64,000 bases of DNA from Armatimonadota bacterium (GCA_037445735.1 JBBIJY010000011.1:1-64000); one strand, 5' to 3'; shown: positions 18,714 through 28,538, counted from the first letter of the stretch. Notes: generated by a model from the letters alone, not told the origin. Numbers and translations: made by a program.

Positions 18714-19652
18714 CTAACTCCTCATCATCACCCATAGCACGATGCCCAGCCAGACCAGCACCGACAGGGCAATATGGCGGTCGCCGACAATCAAACGCTC
18801 CGGGCTGCCGCCCGCATCGTAGCGGTGAACCAGATAAAAGTACCGAAACAGCCCGTAAGTCACCACAGGCAAAGTATACCAGAGTCCGGGATGGTGCTTC
18901 GCCGTATCCGAGAGAATCACATAGATAGCGTACGACTGGATGGCGAACACCATGCACATCGTCAGCAGGTGTTCGAGGATGGTGGTGGAGTATTCGCCGA
19001 GCGTGTTGCGGTGCTGCGTGGCGTCCGTGCCGAGCACGATCAGCTCATGGCGACGCTTCGCAAAGCCCAGAAAGAGCGCGAGGAAGAAGGTGCAGATAAT
19101 CAGCCACGGGGAGATCGTCACCTCGATCAGCACGGCGCCCGAAACCGCCCGCAGCAGGAAGCCGAGCGCGATTACCGCCACATCCAGAATCGGGAACTGC
19201 TTCAGATAGAGCGTGTAGAGGTTGGTCAGCACCGCGTAGGTCAGCACCACGGCGCCGAACGGGGTGCGCAGGGCGAACGCCAGCGCCAGCCCAGCCATCA
19301 GCAGTATTAGTGCCGCCACCCATGCCACCGGCACGGGCAATCGCCCCGACGCGATTGGGCGCTGCGACTTCACGGGATGGTGGCGGTCGCGCTCTCGATC
19401 ACGCAGGTCATTCAGCAGATACAAGCCGCTGGACACCATGCAGAGCGCGGCGAAGCCCAGCAGGCTCAGCCACACCAGCTCCGCCCGCATAAACCGCGCG
19501 GTGAACAGCAGCGCGGCGAACACCAGCGTGTTTTTAATCCACTGATGCGGGCGCATCGCCTGCACCAGCGCGACCACAATCGTTAGCGGGTGAGCGCGGC
19601 TGACCCGCTCGACCCGTTCCGACGGCTGCTCATGTGCCAGTTCCGTCTTCAT
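18714..19652 (-). CDS. UbiA-family decaprenyl-phosphate phosphoribosyltransferase-like protein
   Basis: MRPHQWIKN, YLLNDLRDRERDRHHPVKSQRPIASG, GFAKRRHEL. Confidence 0.88.
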   Translation of the reverse strand: MKTELAHEQPSERVERVSRAHPLTIVVALVQAMRPHQWIKNTLVFAALLFTARFMRAELVWLSLLGFAALCMVSSGLYLLNDLRDRERDRHHPVKSQRPIASGRLPVPVAWVAALILLMAGLALAFALRTPFGAVVLTYAVLTNLYTLYLKQFPILDVAVIALGFLLRAVSGAVLIEVTISPWLIICTFFLALFLGFAKRRHELIVLGTDATQHRNTLGEYSTTILEHLLTMCMVFAIQSYAIYVILSDTAKHHPGLWYTLPVVTYGLFRYFYLVHRYDAGGSPERLIVGDRHIALSVLVWLGIVLWVMMRS

Positions 19653-20602
19653 GATGCGCTTAGTGCCTCCCGATAGGCGTTCAGCGTCCGCTGAATACCT
19701 TCCTGCAGCGAGATTCCGGGTTCATAGCCTAATATTCCACGCGCGGCGCGGATATCCGCCCAGGAGCGTCGGATGTCGCCCGGTCGGGGCGGTGCGAACT
19801 GGGGTTCCAGCGGGTAGCCTGCCGCCTGCTCGACCGCCTGCAACAGCTCCAGCAGCGTATAGGCGCGCCCACTGGCAAGATTGAACACGCGCCCGACTGC
19901 ATCCGGATGGGTGGCTGCCAGCCAGATGCCCTGCAGCAGGTCGTCTATATACACAAAATCGCGCATCTGTTTGCCGTCGCCGTAGATGATAGGCTTGCGG
20001 TCGGTGAGCGCGGCGGTGATCCAGCGCGGCACGACAGCAGCATACTGCGAGCGCGGGTTCTGGCGCGGCCCGTACACATTGAAGAAGCGCAGGCTGACCG
20101 TCGGCACGCCGTAGACGCGCCCATAGTCGCGGCAGAGCAGCTCACCGTACCATTTGCTCCATGCGTAGGGTGAGATGGGGCGCGGTTGCATCGTCTCGCG
20201 TTTGGGCAGGCGCGGTGAATCGCCGTACACCGCCGCCGACGAAGCGAACACGAATCGGCGCACGCCCGCCTGACGCGCCGCCTCCAGCAGCAACTGCGTG
20301 CCGTACAGGTTCACCTCAAAAGTCTCCACCGGCTGCTCCAGCGAGAGCGGCACCGACACCTGCGCCGCTAAATGAAAAATCATCTCACAGCCCTCCACCG
20401 CCTTCTGTACCAGCGCGGCATCCGTAACACTGCCGCGAAAGAGTTCAACCGAATCCAGCACATCGGCGAGATTGTCCAGCGTGCCCGTGGAGAAGTCGTC
20501 CAGCACGCGCACCGCACCCCGCGCAAGCAGGAACCGCACCAGGTGCGAGCCAATAAACCCTGCGCCCCCCGTCACCAGATAGACCCGTTCAGTACGCTCC
20601 AT
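19649..20602 (-). CDS. NAD-dependent nucleotide-sugar epimerase/dehydratase
   Basis: TGGAGFIGSH, SSAAVYG, PYAWSK, RFFNVYGP, RDFVYI. Confidence 0.93.
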   Translation of the reverse strand: MERTERVYLVTGGAGFIGSHLVRFLLARGAVRVLDDFSTGTLDNLADVLDSVELFRGSVTDAALVQKAVEGCEMIFHLAAQVSVPLSLEQPVETFEVNLYGTQLLLEAARQAGVRRFVFASSAAVYGDSPRLPKRETMQPRPISPYAWSKWYGELLCRDYGRVYGVPTVSLRFFNVYGPRQNPRSQYAAVVPRWITAALTDRKPIIYGDGKQMRDFVYIDDLLQGIWLAATHPDAVGRVFNLASGRAYTLLELLQAVEQAAGYPLEPQFAPPRPGDIRRSWADIRAARGILGYEPGISLQEGIQRTLNAYREALSAS

Positions 20603-21302
20603 CACCTCTAAGAATCGCCGGGATTGTCTTCAGCAGGATTTTGAGGTCCAGCCAGAAGGAGATATTGTCCACATAGTACAGGTCGAGGCGCATCCACTCT
20701 TCGAAGGTGAGGTTGCTGCGCCCGCTCACCTGCCACAGCCCTGTGCAGCCCTGCGGCACGGCGAAGCGACGATAGTAGCTCACATCGTCGAAGCGGTTCA
20801 CATCGTAAGGCGCCATCGCGCGGGGACCCACCAGGCTCAGATCGCCCTTGAGGACATTAAACAGCTGGGGCAGCTCATCAAGGCTGTATTTGCGGATGAA
20901 TCGCCCGACGCGCGTCATGCGCGGGTCGTGCCGAATCTTGAACGCGCCACCCTGCTTCTCGTTCATATGCATCAGCAGCGGTTGCAACTCCTGCGCGTTG
21001 CAGCGCATGGAGCGGAACTTGTACATGATGAACGGCTTGCCGTAGCGTCCGAGCCGGATCTGGCGGAACAGCACGGGTCCAGGCGATTCGAGGCGAATCA
21101 GCAGGGCAATCAGCAGCATGAGGGGCGACAGGATGAACAGCGCGAGCGTGGAGACGACGATATCGAGCGTGCGTTTCGCCCAGTAGTGCGGAATCCGCAC
21201 TTCGGGCACATATTCGGCGAAGGGCGAGAGGGCAGGCGCGTGCGCGCCCTGCTCCTTCGCCGCCGTTTCCGTTATCGTCGGTCGGCTCGATATCATAGCC
21301 AT
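20589..21302 (-). CDS. Priming glycosyl-1-phosphate transferase (bacterial sugar transferase)
   Basis: KRTLDI, YKFRSM, DPRMTRVGRFIRKYSLDELPQL, TGLWQVSGR. Confidence 0.95.
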   Translation of the reverse strand: MAMISSRPTITETAAKEQGAHAPALSPFAEYVPEVRIPHYWAKRTLDIVVSTLALFILSPLMLLIALLIRLESPGPVLFRQIRLGRYGKPFIMYKFRSMRCNAQELQPLLMHMNEKQGGAFKIRHDPRMTRVGRFIRKYSLDELPQLFNVLKGDLSLVGPRAMAPYDVNRFDDVSYYRRFAVPQGCTGLWQVSGRSNLTFEEWMRLDLYYVDNISFWLDLKILLKTIPAILRGDGAY

Positions 21303-21333
21303 GCTCCTTTCTCCTGCTGTATGCCCGTTTTTA

Positions 21334-21392
21334 CCCTCTCCTGAAGGGGGAGGCGGTCGCCCTTCACCCCCTCCCCCTCTGAGGGGAGAGGG
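21334..21392. repeat. Degenerate family-1 repeat
   Basis: CCCTCTCCTGAAGGGGGAGG...CCTTCACCCCCTCCCCCTCTGAGGGGAGAGGG between wzc and the sugar transferase. Confidence 0.6.
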
Positions 21393-21408
21393 TGGTTTTA
21401 GAGAAGGA

Positions 21409-23643
21409 TCAGTCGCGTGGGGCGGTCTGTTCCGACCCGGCTTCCTCGCTGCGGCTGCTGGGCGGGAGCGCGGCGCGTGCCAGACCGTTGCGCGTCTCAA
21501 TCGCCTGCCGATAGGCGCGCTGGAAGTGGCGATAGACCGTGCTGTCGTCCAGCCGCACCTTGTTCAGCACCACGCCCACCATGTTGAGACCTGCCTGCGT
21601 GAATCGGGCAAGCATTTCGCGCGTCGAGTCGGTGATGGGATTGCCCGCCGCATGCACAATCAGCACATTGCCGGTCGCCAGCCCGATCACAGTGCCATCG
21701 GCGAAGGTGGCGCCCGCGGGCGTGTCCACAACGATAAAGTCCGCCACTTTCGACAGTGTGTTCAGCAGCTCCTGAAACTGGGGTGAGCGCAGCAGGCGAA
21801 CTGGATTATCGGGTGGCAGCCCGGCGCCGATGAACACCAGCCCTTCGATGGGTGTCTGCTGAACTGCCTGCTCCAGGCTGATCTGCCCCTGCAGCAGTTC
21901 ACTCAGTCCGGGATGGCTGGCATCGGTGCGCAGCAGGCGGCGAAGGGACGGCTGGCGCATGTCGGCGTCGATCAGCACCACGCGGGCGCCGTCGCGTGCC
22001 AGCGTCAGCGCGAGGTTATAGGCAACCGTGCTGCGCCCCACATCGGGATCCGCACCTGTAATGGCGACCGCGGGTCCCTTCAGACGCCCGTTCGCATCCA
22101 TCAGGCTGGTCGAGAGCAGCTGATAGGAGGCGCTGAGCGGCGTCTGCTCCGCGCGGTCGCGAGCCAGCAGGGCGCGGCGCATGCGCGGTAGCGCAGCAAC
22201 CACGGGAATCCCGAACAGCGCCTCTGCCTGCGACGGCGTGTAGATCGACTGATCCACCTGACCCAGCAGCAGCACCAGCCCTGTGGACAGCAGCAGGCTC
22301 AACACGAACGCCAGCGCCACACGCAGCGGGATCCGCTTATCCACCGGTTGGGCGCCCGGCGCGTCGATAAGCTTGATCTGACCCGCCGATCGCGTTTCGG
22401 CTTCGCGGGCTAACGCCTCATCCAGCTTGGTCTTCATCAGCTGAACCTTGCCCCGCGCCAACTCCACATCGAGGCGCAGCTGCTCATAGGTGCGTTGACG
22501 ATCCGGTAAACCGTTAAGTCGATTCTCCAGTTCTTGAAGCTGCTTCCGCAGCTCCGCCACCCGCTTGTCCGCCGTCTGCACATCGACAGCCGCCTGCAAG
22601 TAGTCGCGCTTAAGGGTTTCATAGAGGGTGTTCACCCCTGTGCTGCGGGCATCGAGAATCATCTGCTGTTCACGGCGGATCTGGGCTTTGAGGTCCTCAA
22701 TGCGCCCCTTCAGCCGTTGCACATCGGGCCAGTTATCGCCAAAACCCTGTAATTGCAATCCCTGCAGTTCGTTCTGCGCCCGAGCCAGGTCCGATTGCAA
22801 CTGTTGCAGGATGGGATTGACGCGCACAACGCGGCTGAGTTCCTTATAAGCCCCACCGTCAGGGCTATTCGCTTCTTGCTTGAGCTGCTGGCTCACCTGT
22901 GCCAGGCGGGTGTAAGCCTCTTTCTGGATTCGCTCCGCGTCGAACAGCTGCGTCTCGGCGCGCGCGATGTTCTGCAGCAGGATATTGGTCTGGTTATCCA
23001 CCTGAATCACATCTTTGTTCTGGTTCAGGTACTCGCTGAGTCGCCGGGAGGCACGCTCGTAGTCGCGCTGGGCTTCCTGATACTGTTCCTGAATGAACTC
23101 GCGGGAGGGGCGGGCGGTCTGCTCGTTCAACGCCTGATAATGCTCCTGAAACTTGCGCAGCAGTACCTCCATCGCGTACTGCGCCTGGGCAGGGGCACGA
23201 TCGATATCGCCGGGCACCCGCAGCGTGACCCGCAAATATTCGGTGTTGGGGAGCGGTTTAATCTCCAGACGGTTCGCCAGATCGATCACGCCCGCGTAGT
23301 CCTGCTCGTTCAGCGGGTATCGCTCCTTGATGCGTTCGGCAGGGTCCCACTGCCCGCTATCTTTCAGCTCACGCCATGTACTCATCAGCACGGTGTAGCT
23401 GCCTATCACATTCGCGATATTCTGCAGGCGCGTGATAAGGTCGACCTGCAGAGTGTAGGGATCGGGGTAGATGACCGTGCGATTGGCGATGATCGAGCGG
23501 AACTCCGCCACCGTCATGAAGCCTTCAAACTCGCGCGGCTGCGACCAGTAGTAGGCGAAGACCGCCCCTGTGACCACGCCCGTGATGAGTCCAATCAGCC
23601 ACCAGCGCCGCTTGAGAATCTTAATTGCTTGCCACAGTGTCAT
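21409..23643 (-). CDS. Polysaccharide co-polymerase / BY-kinase (Wzc/GumC-like)
   Basis: Two TM segments, long coiled coil, C-terminal domain with LIDADMRQP and IVVDTP. Confidence 0.9.
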   Translation of the reverse strand: MTLWQAIKILKRRWWLIGLITGVVTGAVFAYYWSQPREFEGFMTVAEFRSIIANRTVIYPDPYTLQVDLITRLQNIANVIGSYTVLMSTWRELKDSGQWDPAERIKERYPLNEQDYAGVIDLANRLEIKPLPNTEYLRVTLRVPGDIDRAPAQAQYAMEVLLRKFQEHYQALNEQTARPSREFIQEQYQEAQRDYERASRRLSEYLNQNKDVIQVDNQTNILLQNIARAETQLFDAERIQKEAYTRLAQVSQQLKQEANSPDGGAYKELSRVVRVNPILQQLQSDLARAQNELQGLQLQGFGDNWPDVQRLKGRIEDLKAQIRREQQMILDARSTGVNTLYETLKRDYLQAAVDVQTADKRVAELRKQLQELENRLNGLPDRQRTYEQLRLDVELARGKVQLMKTKLDEALAREAETRSAGQIKLIDAPGAQPVDKRIPLRVALAFVLSLLLSTGLVLLLGQVDQSIYTPSQAEALFGIPVVAALPRMRRALLARDRAEQTPLSASYQLLSTSLMDANGRLKGPAVAITGADPDVGRSTVAYNLALTLARDGARVVLIDADMRQPSLRRLLRTDASHPGLSELLQGQISLEQAVQQTPIEGLVFIGAGLPPDNPVRLLRSPQFQELLNTLSKVADFIVVDTPAGATFADGTVIGLATGNVLIVHAAGNPITDSTREMLARFTQAGLNMVGVVLNKVRLDDSTVYRHFQRAYRQAIETRNGLARAALPPSSRSEEAGSEQTAPRD

Positions 23644-23661
23644 CAGTGTAGACCTCCCTCC

Positions 23662-24567
23662 TCAGGGTCGCCACAGCGTGCCGCCGATTTGCAGCTGGCG
23701 CATCAGCCAGAAGACCGACAGCACCCGATAGATTTCGTCAAAGTTGGGCGTTCGGGTCTCGGAGACGAACACCACATCGCCTGGCTGGAGCGCCACATTC
23801 TGCGACATGTCGGCGTTTCGAAGCAGTTTGATCATGTCCACTTTGATGCGTTCCGTTGTGCCATCGGGTTTCTGGCGTATCACGAAGGTCTGGCTGAGTG
23901 CGCCGCGCTCGGTTTCCCATGCAGCCTGCCCCAGCGCATCCAGCACGGTCAGCCCGGGGCGCCAGGTATAGAGCCCGGGACGCTTCACGCTCCCGCCCAC
24001 AAAGTAGCGGTTCAGCACATCTTCAGGAATGAAGATGGTGTCGCCATCCTGCAGGGGATAGTTCAGGCTCAGATCGCCCTGCTCCAGCAGGCGGCGCAGA
24101 TTCAGCGGGATCACCGTGCCGTCGATTCGTTGCAGCCAGGCTTCTTCGAGCTTGGCACGCTCCGGGATGTAGTTGCCTGCCAGCGATAAAGCGTCCAGCA
24201 CCCGATCGCCATCCTTGAACTCAAAGCTGCCCGGACGGTTCACCATCCCCAGCACGGAGACCTTCGGACGATGCAAATACCGGATCGAAACCGACACACG
24301 CGGGTTGCGCAGCAGATCCAGTTGAATAAATCGGTTGGCAATCGCCTGTTCCAGTTCCGAGATGGTTAACCCCGCAGCCCGCACGGTCCCTATATACGGC
24401 ACCGAGATCAGACCATCCCGCGCCACAGAGACTTCATGGGTAATGTTAACCGGGTCAATCCGAATCCCCAGCACATCCTCCGGTTGAATGCGATAGGGGC
24501 CTTCAACGCGCTGCGCCAAAAGACCCCCCGTTAGCACAAGGGTCAATCCGATTAGCAGCCCTCTCAT
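23662..24567 (-). CDS. Polysaccharide export protein (Wza-like, SLBB repeats)
   Basis: YRIQPEDVL, DGLISVPYIG, VLGMVNRPG, LQDGDTIFIP. Confidence 0.92.
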   Translation of the reverse strand: MRGLLIGLTLVLTGGLLAQRVEGPYRIQPEDVLGIRIDPVNITHEVSVARDGLISVPYIGTVRAAGLTISELEQAIANRFIQLDLLRNPRVSVSIRYLHRPKVSVLGMVNRPGSFEFKDGDRVLDALSLAGNYIPERAKLEEAWLQRIDGTVIPLNLRRLLEQGDLSLNYPLQDGDTIFIPEDVLNRYFVGGSVKRPGLYTWRPGLTVLDALGQAAWETERGALSQTFVIRQKPDGTTERIKVDMIKLLRNADMSQNVALQPGDVVFVSETRTPNFDEIYRVLSVFWLMRQLQIGGTLWRP

Positions 24568-24639
24568 AATACTCCCTCCCATCGTTTCCATCCGCGCCTG
24601 CCCGTAAGGGCGAGCGCAACCGAGCTCACTCGGTGGTGC

Positions 24640-24655
24640 AGCAATTTTCGTGCCA
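24640..24655 (-). promoter_or_regulatory. sigma54 (-24/-12) promoter of the EPS/exosortase operon
   Basis: Minus strand TGGCACGAAAATTGCT matches TGGCACG-N4-TTGCW exactly, 72 nt upstream of the wza ATG. Confidence 0.75.
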
Positions 24656-24781
24656 TAGCCATCGCTCCTGTTGTACGCCGCTAAATGGGGCTGAAACCCC
24701 CTATCGATTATCGGCTTATCCGCCGAGTGCCTGTATAGGCGCACGCCACCATGATACCCGTCGGGTATTCTATACCCCACT

Positions 24782-26215
24782 ATGGGCGTTCCGCAGATCA
24801 AGTTCGGCACGGAAGGCTGGCGCGGCGTGATTGCCGACGATTTCACGGTGGCGAATGTGCGCCTGGTGGCGCATGCAATCGCCCGCCACCTGCAGGCGGC
24901 GAAGCCGCCGGGCGAGGGCGTGCTGGTTGCCTACGACTGCCGGGCGCAGTCGGAGGTGTTCGCGCAGGCAGCGGCGGCGGTGCTGAGTGCGTACGGCTTC
25001 CCGGTGTGGCTCACGCCGCGCCCTGTGTCATCGCCCGCCGCCACCCATGCAGTCGTCAGCCGCCGCCTGCAGGGCGCCCTCATCTTCACCGCCAGTCATA
25101 ACCCGCCCATCTTCCACGGCATCAAGTTCAAGCCCCACTACGGCGGCGCCGCGCTGACCGACATCACCGACAGCATCGAACGCCAGCTCCAGGCGCTGCT
25201 GCCCGATTATGAGCGCTATACCGAGCCTGTGGAACCCAACGACTCCATTCGCACGCTGGACCCCGTGCCCGACTATCTGGAAGCGCTCCATCAGTTCATT
25301 CAGCTGGATGAGCTGTACGAATCGGGCTATCGCGTGGTGACGGACGCGATGCATGGCTCCGGCGCGGGCTACCTGAAGGCAGTGCTGACCCGATTGGGGC
25401 TGGAGGTTCATGCCCTGCGCGAGGAACGCAACCCCTGGTTCGGCGGCATCAATCCCGAACCGATCGCCGAGAATCTGCAACCACTCATTCACGCCGTGCG
25501 CCACACCAAAGCCGACATTGGCATCGCCATCGATGGCGACGGCGACCGTATCGGCGCGGTGGACGAACACGGCAACTTTGTGGACAGCCACCGCATCTTT
25601 GCCATCACGCTGCGCCATCTGGTGGAGAAGCGCGGCTGGCGCGGCGAGGTGGTCAAAACTTTCTCCGTGAGCCAGATGATCGACCGCCTCTGTGCGCATT
25701 ATAATCTACCGCTGACCGTTGTGCCCATCGGCTTCAAGCACATCTGCGAGCGGATGCTCAACGGCGATGTGCTGATGGGCGGTGAGGAAAGCGGTGGCAT
25801 CGGCATCACCCGCTATATGCTGGAGCGTGACGGCGTGATGATGGGGCTGATGCTGCTGGAGGCGATGGCAAGCAGTGGACGCACGCTGTCCCAGCTGGTG
25901 GACGATGTGTTCAGCATCACGGGCGCGTTCTACTACCACCGCATCGATGCCCATTTTGAGCGGGAGCAGATGCCCGACCTGCGCCAGCAGCTGAAGACAC
26001 TGACGCTCCAGCAGGTGCTGGATGTGCCTGTTATCCAGCGCGACGATATGGATGGGGTCAAGCACATTCTGGAGGACGGTTCATGGCTGCTGTTGCGGGC
26101 GTCGGGCACGGAGCCTGTGGTGCGCATCTACGCGGAGGCACAGACGCCCGAACGCGCCCGCCACCTCGCCGAAGAGGGACACCACATCCTCAAGCGGCTG
26201 GTCGGAATCGGCTGA
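24782..26215 (+). CDS. Phosphoglucomutase/phosphomannomutase
   Basis: FGTEGWRG, TASHNP, DGDGDR, GGEESGG, RASGTEP. Confidence 0.95.
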   Translation: MGVPQIKFGTEGWRGVIADDFTVANVRLVAHAIARHLQAAKPPGEGVLVAYDCRAQSEVFAQAAAAVLSAYGFPVWLTPRPVSSPAATHAVVSRRLQGALIFTASHNPPIFHGIKFKPHYGGAALTDITDSIERQLQALLPDYERYTEPVEPNDSIRTLDPVPDYLEALHQFIQLDELYESGYRVVTDAMHGSGAGYLKAVLTRLGLEVHALREERNPWFGGINPEPIAENLQPLIHAVRHTKADIGIAIDGDGDRIGAVDEHGNFVDSHRIFAITLRHLVEKRGWRGEVVKTFSVSQMIDRLCAHYNLPLTVVPIGFKHICERMLNGDVLMGGEESGGIGITRYMLERDGVMMGLMLLEAMASSGRTLSQLVDDVFSITGAFYYHRIDAHFEREQMPDLRQQLKTLTLQQVLDVPVIQRDDMDGVKHILEDGSWLLLRASGTEPVVRIYAEAQTPERARHLAEEGHHILKRLVGIG

Positions 26216-26308
26216 CGCCCTCTCACCCCCTGTAGCGGAACAGGTATGGGTGCGGGAGCGTCATCTGGACAGTCTTCAGCGGGGGTTGGGGCTGACCGAA
26301 AATAGGGG

Positions 26309-27028
26309 GTGATGGAGCCGATACCGCTGGTGCACCTGCTGAAGCGGGGCGATTGGGCAGATGCGCGTCGCCCGTCGACGCCTGTACCTCCACCCCTGCC
26401 CGAACTGTCGGACGCCAGCCCGACGCCGTACTCGCCTGAAACGGCTCGCCAGCAAGCCGAGTCGCTCATCCAGCAGGCGCGCGCGGAAGCCGACGCCATC
26501 CGCCAGCAAGCCTATCAGGAGGGCTATCAGGCAGGTTATAAGGCGGGCGAAGCCGACGCCCACCAGCAACTGCAAGCCGATTACCAGCAGCAGGTGGGCG
26601 AGCTGCGCCAGGCGGTGAACGCCTTCCTCCAGCAGCTGCAAGCCGAGTTTGAGGCTTATCTGCGCCTGATGGAGCAGGAGATGCTCGCGCTCACGCTGGA
26701 GATAGCCCGCAAAATCGTGCGCGACGAACTGCGCCAGCACCCCGAGCATGTGCTGGGCGTGATTCGCGACGCTCTGCGGCGCGTGCAGGGCTTCGGACAG
26801 GTGCGTGTGCGGGTGAACCCGCTCGATCTGGAGCTGGTGCGCCAGAATCGGGCGCACCTGATGACGGTCATCGACTCGCTGGAGGGGCTGGAAATCGTGG
26901 AGGATCGGCGTGTGGAGCCAGGCGGTTGCATCGTGGAGACGCCGCAGGGCATCTACGACGCCCGAATCGGCACGCAGTTCGAGGAGATTGAGCGGGCAGT
27001 GGAAGATTCGCCGCCCAAGGCGGCATGA
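26309..27028 (+). CDS. fliH: Flagellar assembly protein FliH
   Basis: AYQEGYQAGYKAG repeats, VRVNPLD, GGCIVET; upstream of fliI. Confidence 0.9.
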   Translation: MMEPIPLVHLLKRGDWADARRPSTPVPPPLPELSDASPTPYSPETARQQAESLIQQARAEADAIRQQAYQEGYQAGYKAGEADAHQQLQADYQQQVGELRQAVNAFLQQLQAEFEAYLRLMEQEMLALTLEIARKIVRDELRQHPEHVLGVIRDALRRVQGFGQVRVRVNPLDLELVRQNRAHLMTVIDSLEGLEIVEDRRVEPGGCIVETPQGIYDARIGTQFEEIERAVEDSPPKAA

Positions 27029-27033
27029 AGAAA

Positions 27034-27084
27034 CCCCCTCACCCGTACCCTCTCCCCAGAGGGGAGAGGGTACGGGTGAGGGGG
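27034..27084. repeat. Family-1 repeat, perfect 24-bp palindrome
   Basis: CCCCCTCACCCGTACCCTCTCCCC-AGA-GGGGAGAGGGTACGGGTGAGGGGG between fliH and fliI. Confidence 0.92.
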
Positions 27085-27135
27085 CTTCACTCAGGTCGAT
27101 ATTATGATCCACAGCCTTCACTGGAGAGGATTACC

Positions 27136-28464
27136 ATGCGCAAGCCGGATTGGTCTGCGGTGATCGAGCGTGTGCGGCGGCTGGATGCGGTTCGCATTCA
27201 TGGGCGTGTGGTGGGCGCCGCTGGCTTGTTGATTGAGTCGCAGGGACCGCCCGCGCGATTGGGCGAGCTGTGCGCCGTCGCGCGCGGGCGCAACGCTGAG
27301 CCGCTGCTAACGGAGGTGGTCGGCTTTCGTGGGGGCAACCTGCTGTTGACGCCGCTGGGCGAGCTGACGGGCGTCGCTGCGGGCAGTGAGGTGATCCCAC
27401 TGCGGCGGCAGGCGTCGGTGGCGGTTGGCGAGGCGTTGCTGGGGCGCGTGCTGGACGGGACAGGCAACCCCATCGATGGCAAACCGTTGCCGCCGCTGCC
27501 CCAGCGATACCCGCTCTATCGGGACGCGCCCACCGCGCTGGAGCGCCCGCCCCTGCGCGAGCCGCTCCCGTGCGGAATTCGCGCCATCGACGCCATGCTC
27601 ACCTGCGCACAGGGTCAACGCATCGGCATCTTCGCAGGCAGCGGCGTCGGCAAAAGCACCCTGCTCGGCATGATCGCCCGCAACGCGACCGCCGATGTGA
27701 ATGTGATTGCGCTGATTGGCGAGCGCGGGCGCGAAGTGCGCGAGTTCATCGAGCAGAGTCTGGGCGAGCTTGGGCTGCAGCGCTCCGTTCTGGTGGTCGC
27801 GACCTCCGACCAGCCTGCGATCGTGCGCCAGCGTGCCGCGTTCGTTGCGACGGCGATTGCCGAATATTTTCGCGACACGGGGCGCGCGGTGCTGCTCATG
27901 ATGGACTCGCTCACACGGCTGGCGATGGCACAGCGCGAGATCGGGCTGGCGGCGGGCGAGCCGCCCTCCGCGCGCGGCTACACACCTTCCGTGTTCGCGC
28001 TGATGCCGCGCCTGCTCGAACGCGCGGGCACAAGCCCCACCGGCAGCATCACCGCCTTCTACACCGTGCTGGTCGACGCCGACGATTTGAACGACCCCAT
28101 CGCCGACACCGCCCGCGCCATTCTGGATGGGCATATCGTGCTGTCGCGCGCGCTCACCCAGCAGGGGCACTACCCACCCGTCGATGTCCTCTCCAGTCTC
28201 TCGCGTGTGATGCCGAATATCGTTCGGCAGGAGCACCTGCAGGCAGCGAATCGCCTGCGCCAGATATTGAGCGCGTATCGCGACGCTGAAGATCTGATCC
28301 TTATCGGCGCGTATCAGCAGGGGATGAACCCGCTGGTGGACTTCGCGATTCAGCATCGGGAGCGGATTCAGCGATTCCTTCAGCAGTCGCTGGACGAACA
28401 CGCGCCCTTTGAGCAGACCATTCAGCAGCTGCAGGCAATCGTTGAGGATTCGATGGGGGCATGA
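27136..28464 (+). CDS. fliI: Flagellar export ATPase FliI
   Basis: GIFAGSGVGKSTLL, GERGREV, MDSLTRLAMAQREIG, LDGHIVLSR. Confidence 0.93.
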   Translation: MRKPDWSAVIERVRRLDAVRIHGRVVGAAGLLIESQGPPARLGELCAVARGRNAEPLLTEVVGFRGGNLLLTPLGELTGVAAGSEVIPLRRQASVAVGEALLGRVLDGTGNPIDGKPLPPLPQRYPLYRDAPTALERPPLREPLPCGIRAIDAMLTCAQGQRIGIFAGSGVGKSTLLGMIARNATADVNVIALIGERGREVREFIEQSLGELGLQRSVLVVATSDQPAIVRQRAAFVATAIAEYFRDTGRAVLLMMDSLTRLAMAQREIGLAAGEPPSARGYTPSVFALMPRLLERAGTSPTGSITAFYTVLVDADDLNDPIADTARAILDGHIVLSRALTQQGHYPPVDVLSSLSRVMPNIVRQEHLQAANRLRQILSAYRDAEDLILIGAYQQGMNPLVDFAIQHRERIQRFLQQSLDEHAPFEQTIQQLQAIVEDSMGA

Positions 28465-28538
28465 GACGACTATGAGCCTGTACGGGCACGGTTCATGCGC
28501 CCAACTCACTCCGACGCGATGGGGAGCATAAGACAGCC

